Source: Octopus vulgaris (Eukaryota). Taken from it: DNA of 64,000 nt. The DNA is taken from assembly GCA_951406725.2 (NCBI GenBank), contig OX597817.1, forward strand, positions 117,366,001 to 117,430,000, written 5' to 3'. The position numbers were made by a program, and so were the translations under genes. The notes beneath the pieces are model-generated. The model made no database searches, was not told the DNA's origin, and saw nothing but the letters and a program-made list of their open reading frames with translations. Shown piece by piece: positions 1 through 12,698 of this stretch. Numbering within the stretch: the first letter of the stretch is position 1; every line of letters begins with the position of its first letter.

Positions 1-870
1 ACAGGGAACGGTTTGAGAGATTTGTAGTTATTCTGATATAGATCCAGTAGATCCTCACTAAATCGATCAGCTAATATCTAACCGGCTTCTCTTCTTGGTA
101 TATATAAACCACTGAGTTTCAATAAAGTGTACTTTTAGAGGTGCAAGAAAAAGTCAGTTGCATGGAAAGTGGACATTAATAAATGCAGGGTAATATTGTT
201 TTGCAAGCAGAGACAACTGCTACAGCATGAGCGGGGAAAAGAAACCACTGAAGTTGGGTACGACAAGAGATGAGAAAAGATTTGGACAGATACCCACGCA
301 GATAACAGTCGGGTTGTGAAGAGGAGTGATTGTGTTAGGAATCGTGTGTGAAGTGATAATGTCTGATTGAAGTGAATATAAATTTCAGTGGTGAAGTCGT
401 GTGGTGAACTTGAAGAAATGTGGTGTGGAATAGAAGAGTAAGGGCGAGGAGGTAAGAATTACAGTCAAACGCTAGGACACGGTGTGATGCAGCAACAGCA
501 ATTTGGCAGTCATTATCTCTGTAGAAAAGGTCGAAAGTTTGACTGGAATTAGCTCGAGGTCAGAATCTCACCTACAGAAAAGGCATAAGAGAATAAATTG
601 TGAGTACAGTAAAGCTGAATTTGTGAAAGAAAGAAATAGAAGGATCAATTGAAGTGGAGATGTCTGTGAATACAGATTAGATGTGTTAGAGATAGCAGTC
701 GTGAGATCTTACATAGGAATTCAGAGAAGAAATGAGCGTAAAGGAATTATCACCGGTGGTGCTTTCGATGACACAACCAAAGATTTTCTGGTGAAGCTTA
801 TGATATGGACGATTTTGTGTATCTCGAGGTACCCATCAACCAGATTACATAACTGGGGATCATCCTAGTA
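1..870 (-). mobile_element. Decayed Penelope-like element fragment (GIY-YIG endonuclease region)
   Basis: The minus strand near 40-250 reads FSCTSKSTLY...LYIPRREAG*ILADRFSEDL, resembling the PLE GIY-YIG motif (CTSxNxIY...YIGETGRxLxDRFxEHL). It has stops and frameshifts; the extent to 870 is approximate. Confidence 0.55.
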
Positions 871-2489
871 TTCATGATCACTCCAGCGATCTACTTTTAA
901 AATTTCCATTAAAAGCGGTTTGAATGTAATGACGACTAATATTTTGACCACTCCCTGTGGCGTGAGATATGCGTGGTCTGGACCAGTTTACTGAAGCTGT
1001 GACATTTCGATTCTAGGCCTCGTTACATAGGTTATGTTTTGTGTATGTTCTGTTTATCGTTTTCATGCAATATAAATACGATGGAATTATAAAATTTAAC
1101 CATCGGCACTTCCAGTAGCTGTCGCAATTTACTTTCACTTTTTACAACACCAAACTGCAGGTAAACCTCAGCAATTACCAGATACAGGTCTGTATACATT
1201 ATATTTATTTACCCATTCTTGTCCAACTAACAGTGAGAGAGATTCAATAGCTAAATGTACAAAATTGTACACTTGTTGATGTAGATATTTATTCATGAAA
1301 GAAAGCGAAGGAAACACGAAATATCTAGTATCACTTCTCTTTAAAATGTAAAGCACATGACATAGCATGAACAAAGTTTCGAAATGAAGTGGATATTTAC
1401 AGTTATAATTTATAGCCTTTGTTTTCCTTCTATAGAATTTGTTTTAACTACTTAAAAAACTGCTAACATCCTGTTAAATTTTGAAATGCTTCAAAAACAG
1501 CTTTAATTTAAACATTGATGATAGTTTGCTAGATACACAAGAGAAATGCATATAATGTGGCTTTTTTTGTCTTTTGATTGCTTATAAATGCTTTCTTATA
1601 TTTTCGAATAATATTGTATTAAATGAATTTTAACGTTTTAATACTTCCGTTTTAAAAAAATAGGATTTTACTGTTGTAAACCTGGAAAATATCGTATTGA
1701 GCATTAAATGGTATTATTTTGAATGTAAACTAAAAGCAGCTTGAAACAAATTTGTTTTCAATATCAGAATGTATTGCATTTCGCTTTAAATTTACGTTAA
1801 ACTTACAAAAAGAAAAGCATCATATTTTCCTGTTAGAAACATTTTCTTTCTTAAGCTAAGTTTCGCTAGGTTTCTCAGATTATTTTTCAGAAAATCCAAG
1901 AAGAAATATAACATATGTAAAAAGTCAATGGAAAATATGATTTAAGACCCTTTTAGTTATTTTTTCTTACACAGAACAATGTTTCACACATAAAGGTAAT
2001 GCCATTATATAAATTGTGTTCCCATTGTGTATTATTCGTGTAATTTTTTTTACCCTTTTAACTCTATCCTTGACAAAATTATGAATTTTTGCAGTGATAT
2101 GTTTTTCCTTTTCTGTTACCTTACTTCTTGTCCACCTTTATAACCTGATCCTCGTTCTTCATGTCAGCTGTGCAATCATGCTTAGAAATACCGATGAACC
2201 TTTATATCTAAATCAGAAATGGTAGTTGAATAATCCGTTGAAACCTCTGTTCTAACACCAAAATGGTTAACGCTTATCTTTATCATGCAGTTTGGACATT
2301 TTTGTAGTCCAGTAAAAAATTGAACTGTAATACGATATAAGTTGAAATTTACCTGACAATCACACACAAAACATATAGGTACATGTTTGTATAGAAGTGA
2401 ATATAAATTTCGCAAAATTATACAATCCTTGTGCAGTAAACATTCATGTATATATGTATGTAGATTATAATCTTGACGACATACCTACT

Positions 2490-3610
2490 TAAATGTCTCC
2501 CACCTCTAACTTTGTATATTTCATAATTTTCAGAAAATGCATATTTTTTTAATGAAATTTTCTATAAATGCCTCACAGATTTCAATTATATTGGAGGTGA
2601 ATGTAAGAAAAAAAAGAATTGATCGGCGCGCGCACATACTTACCGACACACATTATACTGTGTCTTTGGTTAAGTGGGTGTTAATATATATTGATATGAT
2701 GTTTGGCGGCGTATTGTCCCATATATAAAACCAAATCCAATGTTGTTTAAACAACGTTTATTTTTACGAGAGTATATAAGAACAATTACATTTTTGCATA
2801 ATTGCTTGTTATCAGTGTATGTTGGTGTGCTAGAAGCAAATGTAGTTCAGAATTACATTAATAACAGAAAGCATTAACTTCATGTGAGAGACGAGAATAA
2901 TACTCTGTTCGTCATAGTCGACGATTCCTTCAACCCCAAGCTGAGCTGCAACTAAGAAAACTTTTCTGTTTAATGAGCTTCTTGTCTGTGGATCTTGAAT
3001 GCACTTCTGCTATATTTAAGACTAAGAATTGACTTGATTCTTATTTGGGTGGCGAGAGGTGAAGATATTGTGTCCATGGTGCGTAAAGCAATTCTTTTAA
3101 ACACAGGTCAATCAACGACTGATAATCTTGCATCTGTCTATCTGCTGTAGAATCTTATTTAGCCTTTGCAGCGTGCATCATTTCTTCAGCCACCTCTGCG
3201 CTGATTTCAGCGTGATTTCACTTTTATAACTTCTATTTGCGCAGGAACTACTGGAATATATAAGAACATTCCATAGTATGGAGTGATATTACTGCAAGAT
3301 GATTGGTTAGTATTCAGAGGACGTCACCTAATTTAACTACAGTTTGTTCCTAGTTACTACATGTGTGAGGTTTTGATTCTAGGCTTCGCTACATCATATT
3401 TTTTTTCAAAATTTCAAGTTTCATTTTACAGATTTGTGTGTTATATCTATTAGCATGTATGTGTGCACGCCCTCTATTTTCATTTTTTCACAACAAGCTC
3501 CAATATAATTGTCATCTACCCAGTTTGAAAGCTATTTGATGAAAATTTCATTAAAAAATATTCATTTTTCTGCAAGTTATGAGGAAACAAAAACTGGGGA
3601 GTACACATTT
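2490..3610. mobile_element. Non-autonomous or decayed DNA transposon with ~150-bp imperfect terminal inverted repeats (possibly Kolobok-like)
   Basis: 2490-2639 is the reverse complement of 3457-3610 (shared blocks include attttttaatgaaatttt, caattatattggag and gc.cacatac). TTAA lies at the left edge. A related right-end fragment lies at ~995-1155. Confidence 0.65.
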
Positions 3611-5016
3611 GTGTAAGTATGTCATTTTGATTTCGCAAGTAACTGCAAAGACGATTGACCCGTTAAAGTTGTTCTGTTAATGCATTTGAACAGATCTAAA
3701 GAATCGATTCTTAAAGCCTGAAATAAACTGAGATTAAAGAGATGAGATCCAAATGAGAATGATTCTTATTGAGAGAAAGTATTGTTGAATATTTTTAATG
3801 CATTTTCATGGAAACAGATGAAAACTGTGGCTAGTACCGATGATAAAAGAACAATATAAAGGAAGTAGGAAGGGACATGATATTTTAACATTTTATACTC
3901 AAAGATCAAATCTCTGATTATTCAAGTTATTGATGAGAATGCAGTTTTAGTTCACTCAGATGCTCTGGTTACAAGTGATTTTGACACTGTTATCTGTAAA
4001 AATATGAATGAGCTACCTATATAATATAACATAATGCAAGCATAGCTTTAAAAGAAAAACATGCAATTATTAATAGTGTAAAGTTTTTATTCTAGATCAG
4101 ATACATAAATGATATATAATGACACAATGTCAGAGTATCATGTACTGTTTGACTTAAATTGCCAGTAAAAAAATACACGAGTAATTTTTCACCGATATCA
4201 TCTTTCAGCTAACAGTATCATTATGTATACTTCATAATTGTGAGTCTGTCTGTTGAACAACAACCTCCTACATCTATTAATACTATCAATGATTGTGATT
4301 AACAATTAGGGAACTATTACATGGTTATTCAGTTAGCTAGAAATAGCTGCAAAATTTTCAAATCACGTCCTACTTCTTTGAAATAACAGGGAAAGACAAA
4401 ATGTTGTTTGCAATTAATTGTCTGGAAATAAAGCTGACGTACTTATGATCATAAGCGTGCTTGATCAGTTCTGACTGGTGTTAAGCAACAACTTGCGGAC
4501 GTGTTACTGTGTACTGCAGACTAGCTATAAAATATCAGATCAAATGCAACAATTACCAGGCAATACAGCTCAGCCCTCGCAGATAGCACCTTTAGCAGCT
4601 GAAGTTTGCAGTGCCAAACATCATAATGATATTTTTCCCTTTTATCAAGCTTCAGTTTTTATACTAGAGAACATTTATGATAGCTGTGAATGTAGACACA
4701 TGTATGTGTACGGAAACAATATCATTGCATCTTGCACATTCATCATGCAGTAGTCACTTGTATATATCACATGGATCTTGCAAAACTCATTTGCATCTTC
4801 GGCACATATCATGAAAATTGCCCTTGCATTTTTCACAGGCACAGACATTGCAGTGTGGTAAGAAGCTTTCTTCCCAAGCACATAGTTCTGGGTTCATTTC
4901 CACAGCCTGACACCTTAACCAAGTGTCTTGTGCTATGACCTTAGGCTTTTTAATGGATTTAATTGACAGAAACTGCTCAGTTTCTGTCAACTAACTCCAT
5001 TAAATATATATAATCC

Positions 5017-5046
<30 letters not shown>

Positions 5047-5054
<8 letters not shown>

Positions 5055-5540
5055 ATAATTTATTCTCAAATGCATGATAATGCTAATGCAATAGCATGAA
5101 CAGGATAAACTATCCATATATTGCAGAAAAAAATCGTTACCGTCCAGCCTTGAGACTCGAACTCACATCTCTGTGATTACTCATCAAGTGCTTTAACTTT
5201 TAAGCTAAACTGCCCAGTATCGAATTCTGCAATTTTGGGATTTATAAATCTAGCCTTATAAGACGCTGACGTTGATTTCAACTTGAAAGTAAACAAACAT
5301 CTCAACGCTTCTAAAGCAAACTTTGTTTACTTTCATCATAAGTTAAATTTAACATCAGTATCTTATAAAGCTAGATTCATAAATCCTAAAATTGAAGAAG
5401 AATTCGTTTGTGTCCAATATATGGAGAGTTTATTGTATTAGCATTATCATGCGCTTGGGAATAAATTATTTCTGTATCTTTCAATACATCTCAACTCTTC
5501 TACAGCAAATTTTGTTTGTTTACTTTCATCGTAAATTATA
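5047..5540. mobile_element. Fold-back (palindromic) insert in (TA)n with PLE-like architecture
   Basis: 5047-5298 is the inverted copy of 5322-5477. The central segment 5298-5345 is repeated directly at 5488-5538. (TA)n flanks both sides. Confidence 0.7.
5141..5215 (-). pseudogene. tRNA-Thr(AGT)-like sequence inside the fold-back insert
   Basis: The minus strand reads GGGCAGTTTAGCTTAAAAGTTAAAGCACTTGATGAGTAATCACAGAGATGTGAGTTCGAGTCTCAAGGCTGGACG: A box, AGT anticodon loop and B box (GTTCGAGTC), followed by a T-run. The stems are imperfect. Confidence 0.6.
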
Positions 5541-6223
5541 TATATATATGTATGTGCATGTGTGTCTTCATGTCTGTGTTTGTCCCCCACCACCAGTTGA
5601 CAACCAATGCTGGTGTGTTTACATCTTCATAGATTAGTGGTTCAGTAAAAAGAGGCCAACAGAATACTAGACTTTAAAAAATAAGTCCTGGGTTCAATTT
5701 GTTCAACTAAAATCTTTCAAGGCAGTGCCCCAGCATGGCCACAGTCAAATGACTGAAACAAGTAAATGATAAGAGAAATATAGCATACCTGCCCTGTTTC
5801 TAACAGTCTATTTACTGACACATCTGTAACAATATGGTGGTTGCAGGCTGGCAGAATCATTACAGCACCAGACAAAATGCTTTGCAATATTTTTTCCTCC
5901 TTTTTTCATTTATGGTTCAAATCCCACCACGATACACTTTACCTCTCATCATTCCCAAGCAGATAAATTACAAGTACCAGGATCAATTTAATCCACTACC
6001 CTCTAATCTATCTCATAAATTGCTGACCTTGTGCCTAAATTAGAAACAATTGTGTGTACCATTCAATTTAGTTGAGTATATTTGTATCATCGTTTGGTTT
6101 TGTATTCATTTTTTTAATGCTTATTGCTTGCTAATTTTCCATTCTATATTGAATGAGACTAATGTAGTGACAATTGTGCAATCAAATAAAGTTTTTTGTC
6201 ATTTGTGTGTGTTTTTTTCCTTC

Positions 6224-6541
6224 AGTATACTTGACCAATCAGTATGCAGTCTGGTCCTGTCTATATAATGACGAACTCAAATTCTCACTCTCTAAGTACT
6301 CAAATTAATGAAGCAAGATGCCAAACTCTTTCTTTTCCCAAACAGAATGTGTTAAAAGAAGGATGAGCTGTAAAAAACAATCATTGTTCTCTTGTTCAGC
6401 TAGTCTAAATGCAAGACACATTTTAGTTGAATGGAATGGCTGTATCGTTTCCCTACTACCTCACAAGTATACTTGACCAATCAATGTGCAGCCTGGTCCT
6501 GTCTATATAATGTGGAGCTCAAATTCGCACTCTCTAAGTAC
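6224..6541 (+). repeat. Direct duplication of a 76-bp unit (6224-6299 and 6466-6541) containing CCAAT and TATATAA
   Basis: agtatacttgaccaatca...ctggtcctgtctatataatg...ctcaaattc.cactctctaagtac occurs twice. Confidence 0.9.
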
Positions 6542-7199
6542 CCAGGACTTATTTTTATCTCACCAGTATTTTTCCTTCATAGAATGTCTAAATCAATAGG
6601 AACTTCAATAAGATCTTTAATTCAAGAACATATGAACAATGCTACTACACCCTTAATTCCAACTTGACTTCATTTTTATTCATGTTGCATTTGAAAATTG
6701 TTGCTTTTGTTCTGTATACTATACATTGTTTGGAGGAAAACAAAGTAAACGAAAAAGGATGGGCACAATTATAGTAGAATGCCTTCAGAATTATAGGTCT
6801 GTGAGAAAATAGCTGTTTCATAGCCTGTGCATTGGTCAACTACCCAAACTTGTAGAAATATGAGGCTTTACATCACACACTATTACTTTTTAAGAAAATA
6901 AATTCAGACTGCATAATGTAATCACACAAAAAAAAAACAAGATGATTAACATTGGAATCCCTTTGTTCATCATATCACTTGACCAGGGCTTTTGGGTCTA
7001 TTCCAAGGCATCTAGTGTTTTAGTTCCAAACACAGGTTGCCAGAGACCCAAATGCATATTTTCTGTGTGCTCACTTCTCACTCTGTTTACAAATAATTTA
7101 GTTACCACCTGCAGTTTTCCTACAGATTATCCAAGACAGCTTCACTGATTTAATATGTATTTTATTCTATGCTACCTTGTACTTTGAAGCAATAGGAGA

Positions 7200-7755
7200 A
7201 CTGCTTAGTGTTTGTTCAACCTACAAGAAATAACTAAATTCCTCTCATACCACACCCCACTGCCTTAAAGATGAGGATGAGATACTGATGTATTGTCACC
7301 TGGACAAAAGGTGGCTGAAACGTCTTTGAGTGTAGGCCTCCTTCATCATGGATACAATATGTGAGCTAGTAAAGAGCCTCTATGTGATCATCGAACATGT
7401 TAGAAATAGCAGTCAAATACTCACAAATAAACTATATTTTCAAAAGAAATAATGTAGCCCATGATATGACTAGCAAACATGATGTGACAGCCAAGACTGT
7501 ATCACTTTGACCATAGGTTTGCTCAGTTTTCATTTGTAATTAAACAACAATACCAATTATGAAAGTCAATAAAAGTCATTCATGTTCAGCCTACTAGAAA
7601 CAGTAGCCAAATACTTTTAAAACCATTTCCTAACCTCTTCCAAAATGTTATGGAAGCATTAAACAATCTTAGTGTATGCATACAAAGACATGATGGCTAA
7701 AGCTGGATCACTATTTGATTGTAAGTCTGCTCAATCAACTGATCTGGGGTTAAAT
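7200..7755 (+). mobile_element. Three tandem copies of an old SINE-like repeat (family F); other copies at ~4310, 13295, 13710, 16345 and 22865
   Basis: Recurrent motif ...ctagaaatagcagccaaat...tttgatcataggt...ctggggttaaacaacaa. Confidence 0.6.
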
Positions 7756-7762
7756 GTCAATA

Positions 7763-7828
<66 letters not shown>

Positions 7829-7902
7829 GTCACTACTGCTGCTGCTGCTACTACTACTACTGTCACTACTGCTGCTGCTACTACTACTACTACTACTACT
7901 AC

Positions 7903-7948
<46 letters not shown>

Positions 7949-7950
7949 TA
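7763..7950. repeat. (CTA)n/(CTG)n/(TAA)n compound microsatellite
   Basis: Seen directly. Confidence 0.98.
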
Positions 7951-7953
7951 TAA

Positions 7954-8299
7954 TAACAAGAGCACTCAGAGAGTGCATACCTCCAGCAAATCAACACCAA
8001 TGTCCTCTCAACAATTAGCCAGAGACGATTTTTGAAATGAGAATATCTGAAATAAACTCAACTGCTTGCACAAAAACGAATACTAAAAATGAACCCGAGT
8101 AAAATAATCCAGAGTCCTTGTCTGGTACTGGATTGATACCAAAATATAATCAGTTCCTGCCAGTCACGAGGTCACACATCCCTGAAAGTTTCACCTGAAT
8201 CCATCCAGCAGTTCTTGAGATATCTTGTCCACAGGCACACAAACAAACAAATAAACACAACTGAAAACAATACCTCCACCTTTGTTAAGGTGTAGGGAA
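7954..8299 (+). mobile_element. Helentron-associated non-autonomous element (DINE-1/HINE-like)
   Basis: Starts taacaagagcact. Has an acctcc sub-terminal repeat near both ends, an (ACAA)n tract and a 3' hairpin (cacctt...aaggtg). Inserted in (TAA)n. Confidence 0.6.
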
Positions 8300-9649
8300 T
8301 AATAATAATAATAATACTAACAACAACAACAAGGTTAATAATAATGGTTTCAAATTTTGATACAAAGTCAACATTTTTTGGGAATCAATTATATCATCAC
8401 CAGTGCTCAAATGGTACTTATCTTATTGAGCCTGAGGTCAATCTTCAGAGAATTTGAACCCAGAACATAAGGATGGATGATATGCCACTGAGTATTTTAC
8501 CAGGCATACTAATCATTCTGCCAGTTCACCGCCTTAATAATCATAATGGTTTCAAATTTTGGCACAAGGCCAGCAGGTTTATCGGTGGAGTTAGCTCAAT
8601 TGAATTAACCCCAGTGCTCAACTGGTACTTATTTTATCAACCCATAAAGTATGAAAAGCAAAGTTGATCCTGGCAGAATTTGACCTCAGAATGTAAGGGT
8701 AGATGAAATGCTGCAAAACATTTTGCCCAGCACGCTAGTGATTCTGCCAGCTCTCCATCTTAATACTAATATTAATCATACTGATACTGCTGCTGCTATA
8801 ACATTTCACCAGCTATAATAAATCAAGTTGCAGAACATTTGATATTTTACAACCACCTGTTTTAAAGAAATTCAATCAACCAGAAATTGCATATGATAGT
8901 ATGAAACGGAGGAATAATGTGTTATCTTATGTTTTAAAATATAGCAATTATATTAAAATGTCAATAACTAAAGAGAATATATCTTCAGGAAACAATAAAA
9001 AGAAAATTCCATAATAAAATAATAAATGGCTTTAGTGCTTAAAAAAATAACGTTTTCATTAATCAGATTTCTCTAACATATTTTGCTCTTGCATGGACTT
9101 TTGAATTACTGCTTTAAATATAAACAAACAATGATGTTTGCCAAGTGTTTGTATTAAAAGAGACCTTTATTTTGTTTTTGATATAAAACCTAATGAAATT
9201 ATTAATGAGATACTAAATAAGAGATAAGTATTGAATCATTTATGCTACACTGCTTATCTGTGACAAGCAAAAGATAAATAGCTTTCTTGGCACAACCTTT
9301 AGCTGAACTATCTCTGATTTACTTTTGTTGTTTATTTCTATTTAATTTCTTTAAGCAGGTGTTTATGATTGTAGGTTTGTCTATCATGTTTTGATTTTGT
9401 ATATTTTCATATATTTTTTTTTTCCGTTGACTGAAGTAAAGAGATTAAGGAGCTCTTTGCTAGAGAATATTGAATGTCTTTAGAAATTGTTTCTCCACCA
9501 ACCTGTACTATTTCAACTGGTTGGCGACTATTCAAAATAAATATTAAATGCACTAATTGTAACTAGTTAAGATGATGTACTGTTTTAAAGGAATAAAGAG
9601 AAGAAAAGAAAATGGCATTTTGCAGATTGAATATTTTACAACCAGTTTA

Positions 9650-10095
9650 AGGTGATAAACTGGCAGTATCATTATTGTGCTGCAAAAAATGCTGGGTAGC
9701 AGTTTATCTGCTTTTATATTCTGAGTTCAAATTCCACTGAGGTCGACTTTGCCTTTAATTCTTTTGGGGTTGATAAAATAAGTACCAGTTGAGAACTGAG
9801 GTCAATTTAATTAACTTACAACCTCTCCCAAAATTGCTGGCCTTGCGCCAAAATTTGAAACCAATATTTTACAACTAATTGAAGGCAGCAAGCTGTAAGA
9901 AACGTTAGCATGCTGGGTGAAATCCTTAGCAGTATTTCGTCTCTCTTTACATTCTGAGTTCAAATTCAGCTGAGGTCAACTTTGACTTCCATCTTTTCGA
10001 GGTCGATAAATTAAGTACCAGTTGCATACTGGAGTCAATCTAATTGACTGGCCCCTCAACCAAAATTTCGAGCCTTGTTCTTAAAGTAAAAATGA
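9650..10095 (+). mobile_element. Two tandem copies of a ~210-bp tRNA-derived SINE (family B, Nin/Deu-like core). Other copies at ~5830+, 8345-, 8548-, 10460+, 13485-, 19823+, 48200-, 53465+, 53993- and 63400-
   Basis: Consensus aggcggcgagctggcagaa...gttctgagttcaaattcc...gaggtcgactttgcctttcatcctttcggggtcgataaaataagtaccagttg...ccaaaatttgaaacc. Confidence 0.85.
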
Positions 10096-11678
10096 ATATT
10101 TTATAACTAATTTAATAAGAGGAAATTGACATGTTTGATGGTGTAAGAGACATGGATATATTAGATACATCCCAATTTCAGCAGCACTTACTCAGGAAAA
10201 TGTGAGTGTCAGGGACAAAATTATCTTATGGATGGCTCAGCTTCACATATAGAAACTGCAGTGACTATTTGAGACGTTATTTTGGTAAAATAAAATGGGT
10301 CATATTTGCCCTCAAAGATGATAATATTTGAATATGAATGCTACAGTTGACAGCAAGCTTCAAATTTTCAAATCTAATGGGAGTCATACTTTAATTAATT
10401 TAACCAATTTGAAACCAGATAATGAAGGCATACATTAAAACTGAAAGCATTCATTAAAACATGCAATCGGCAGAATTGTTAGTGTGCCAGGAAAAATGTT
10501 TGGTAACTTTATCACCTGTCTTTATGTTCTGAGTTCAGATTCTGCTGCCATCAACTTTGCCTTTCATCCTTTTGAGGTCAATAAAAATAAATACCACTTG
10601 AGCACTGAGGCCAATGTAATCAACTTAGACCATCCCCCAAAATTGCCGGCCTTGTACCCAAATTTGAAATTGATATTTCATTCTTTGGTTTTTACTTGTT
10701 TACATATGCACTGAGGTGACAATCATGCAGAATTATTAGTCCTAAAACTAGAACATTATGCAGCATCCATTCCAGTTCTATGTGCTATGAATTCTATTCC
10801 CACTGAAATCTACTACACCTTTCATTCTTCCTGAATCAACACATAAATTATTAGGCCATTACTAGAATTAGTTATTTCTCTGTCTCTGTCTCTCTCTCTC
10901 TCTCTCTGTCTCTCTGTGTATTATATGTGTAATTGAAAGGGCCAACCATGCAACATTTCATGCTGATCATTTTTAAGAAAAATGTGTGTCTGTTGAATAC
11001 TTGTTAATTTCATGTCAAGAGGATTAGTTGTTGAACAACTAATGCTCTTTACTGGAATCAACAAAGTGTTGTATTAACTGGATTAACTTACATTCTAGGG
11101 TTTTCCCTTTGCCTTTCTTCAAAAGAATTTATTATTAAGCTAATGACTTTTATTCTACTCATTGCATGTGTAAGTTTTATTAATTAAAATTTCTTATACC
11201 ACTTTATTAAGTATGTAAGTACTGACTCTACCATATATATATATATATGCTGAGACCCCCTTTGGTCATGACTGATCATAGTATTGCACCTAGAAGGTAA
11301 CCCTCCCAAGCACAAGTCCGGGCAAGCTTGTTTTATGGAAGACCAGCTGTCGTCCAGGCATACCGGCCTCCCCTATGCTCTAACCACTGAGCCATGTGCC
11401 TTCGCACACATGCGCGTGTGCACACACACATATATATACCAGCATCATCCTCCTCCTCATCATCATCGTTTAATGTCTGCCTTTCATGCTGGCATGTGTG
11501 GGATGGTTTGACAGGAGCCGACAAGGCAGAGGCCTGCACCAGATTCTGTGACTGTTTTGGCAGGATTTTTACAGCCGGATGCCCTTCCTAACACCAACCA
11601 CCCAGCAGAGTGGACTTAGTACATTTTACATGGCACAAGCACAGGCAAGGTCAGTAAGGTTTTTATGGCTGGATGCCC

Positions 11679-11680
<2 letters not shown>

Positions 11681-11709
<29 letters not shown>

Positions 11710-11751
11710 CATACATACATACATACATGCATGCATACATACATACATACA

Positions 11752-11785
<34 letters not shown>

Positions 11786-11859
11786 CATACATGCATGCAT
11801 ACATACATACATACATACATACATACATACATGCAAGCATACATACACACATACATGCA

Positions 11860-11893
<34 letters not shown>

Positions 11894-11918
11894 CATACAT
11901 ACAAATATACATACATAT
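11681..11918. repeat. (ACAT)n microsatellite
   Basis: Seen directly. Confidence 0.98.
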
Positions 11919-12142
11919 AATTTATCCCAAAATGAACTCAGAGAAATAACTCAAATTGGCCAGTGGCTTCTATTTGCATAACCTGGACAAATACTGGTTT
12001 GTTAAATACATTATAACAAAGATTCTTGATTTGATTTATTAAAATTATCTCTGCCTCCAGAGGATGTATCATAATTATAAAATGGTAATTGCGAACATCT
12101 TCACTTGAGCAAAGTTGATAATCTCATTAGTGAAGGGTCTCT

Positions 12143-12180
<38 letters not shown>

Positions 12181-12219
12181 ATTATATATATATGTGTGTG
12201 TGTATATTATATATATTCT

Positions 12220-12685
12220 CTTTTCCCTTTATTCACTTTAGTCATTTGACTGTGGCCATGCTGGAGCACCACCTTGAAGGATTTTAGTCAAACAAATCAA
12301 CCCCATGACTTATTTTTAATGCTGACTACTTATTCTATCACTCTCATTTGCCGAACTGCTAACTTGCAGAGACGTAGACACACTAGCACCAGTTGTCAAA
12401 TAGTGATGGTGGACAAACACAGAAACAAAGACACACACACATAGATGCACAAACACACACATACACACGCACACACATATGTATATATATATTTCATTAA
12501 CATATATATATATATATATACAATGGATTTCTTTCAGTTTCCAGTTACCATATCCACTCACAAGGCATTAGTCAGCCCAAGGCTATAGTAGAAAATACTT
12601 GTCCAAGGCATCATGCCATGGGACTGAACCCAGAATTCTGAGGTTGGGAAGCAAGCTTCTTACTACACAGCTACACCTGTGCCTA
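12220..12685 (-). mobile_element. Family A SINE, full length. Other copies at ~24970-25515-, 26895-27235+, 28185-28345-, 30068-30240+, 36815-37540+ (two), 44030-44390-, 50072-51445+ (split), 52470-52885-, 56712-57076+ and 63570-63840-
   Basis: Reverse complement of the 59740 copy, with an internal (TA)/(CA) tract. Confidence 0.9.
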
Positions 12686-12698
12686 TATATATATATAT

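Larger units (their letters stand above)
4836..5780 (+). mobile_element. Octopus-type tRNA/CORE-like SINE (family A), split by an insert in its central (TA)n
   Basis: The 5' half (gtgtggtaagaagc...caagtgtctt) is at 4836-4990 and the 3' half (tttgtcccc...cagcatggccacagtcaaatgactgaaacaagtaa) at 5540-5780. Both match the intact copy at 59740. Confidence 0.85.

Noticed and set aside
3340-3397. H/ACA snoRNA-like hairpin ending in ACA (similar motifs at ~1000-1030 and 2640-2755)
   Set aside because: It lies in the sub-terminal region of a TIR element, recurs with its flanks at ~1000, and has no convincing H box or target.
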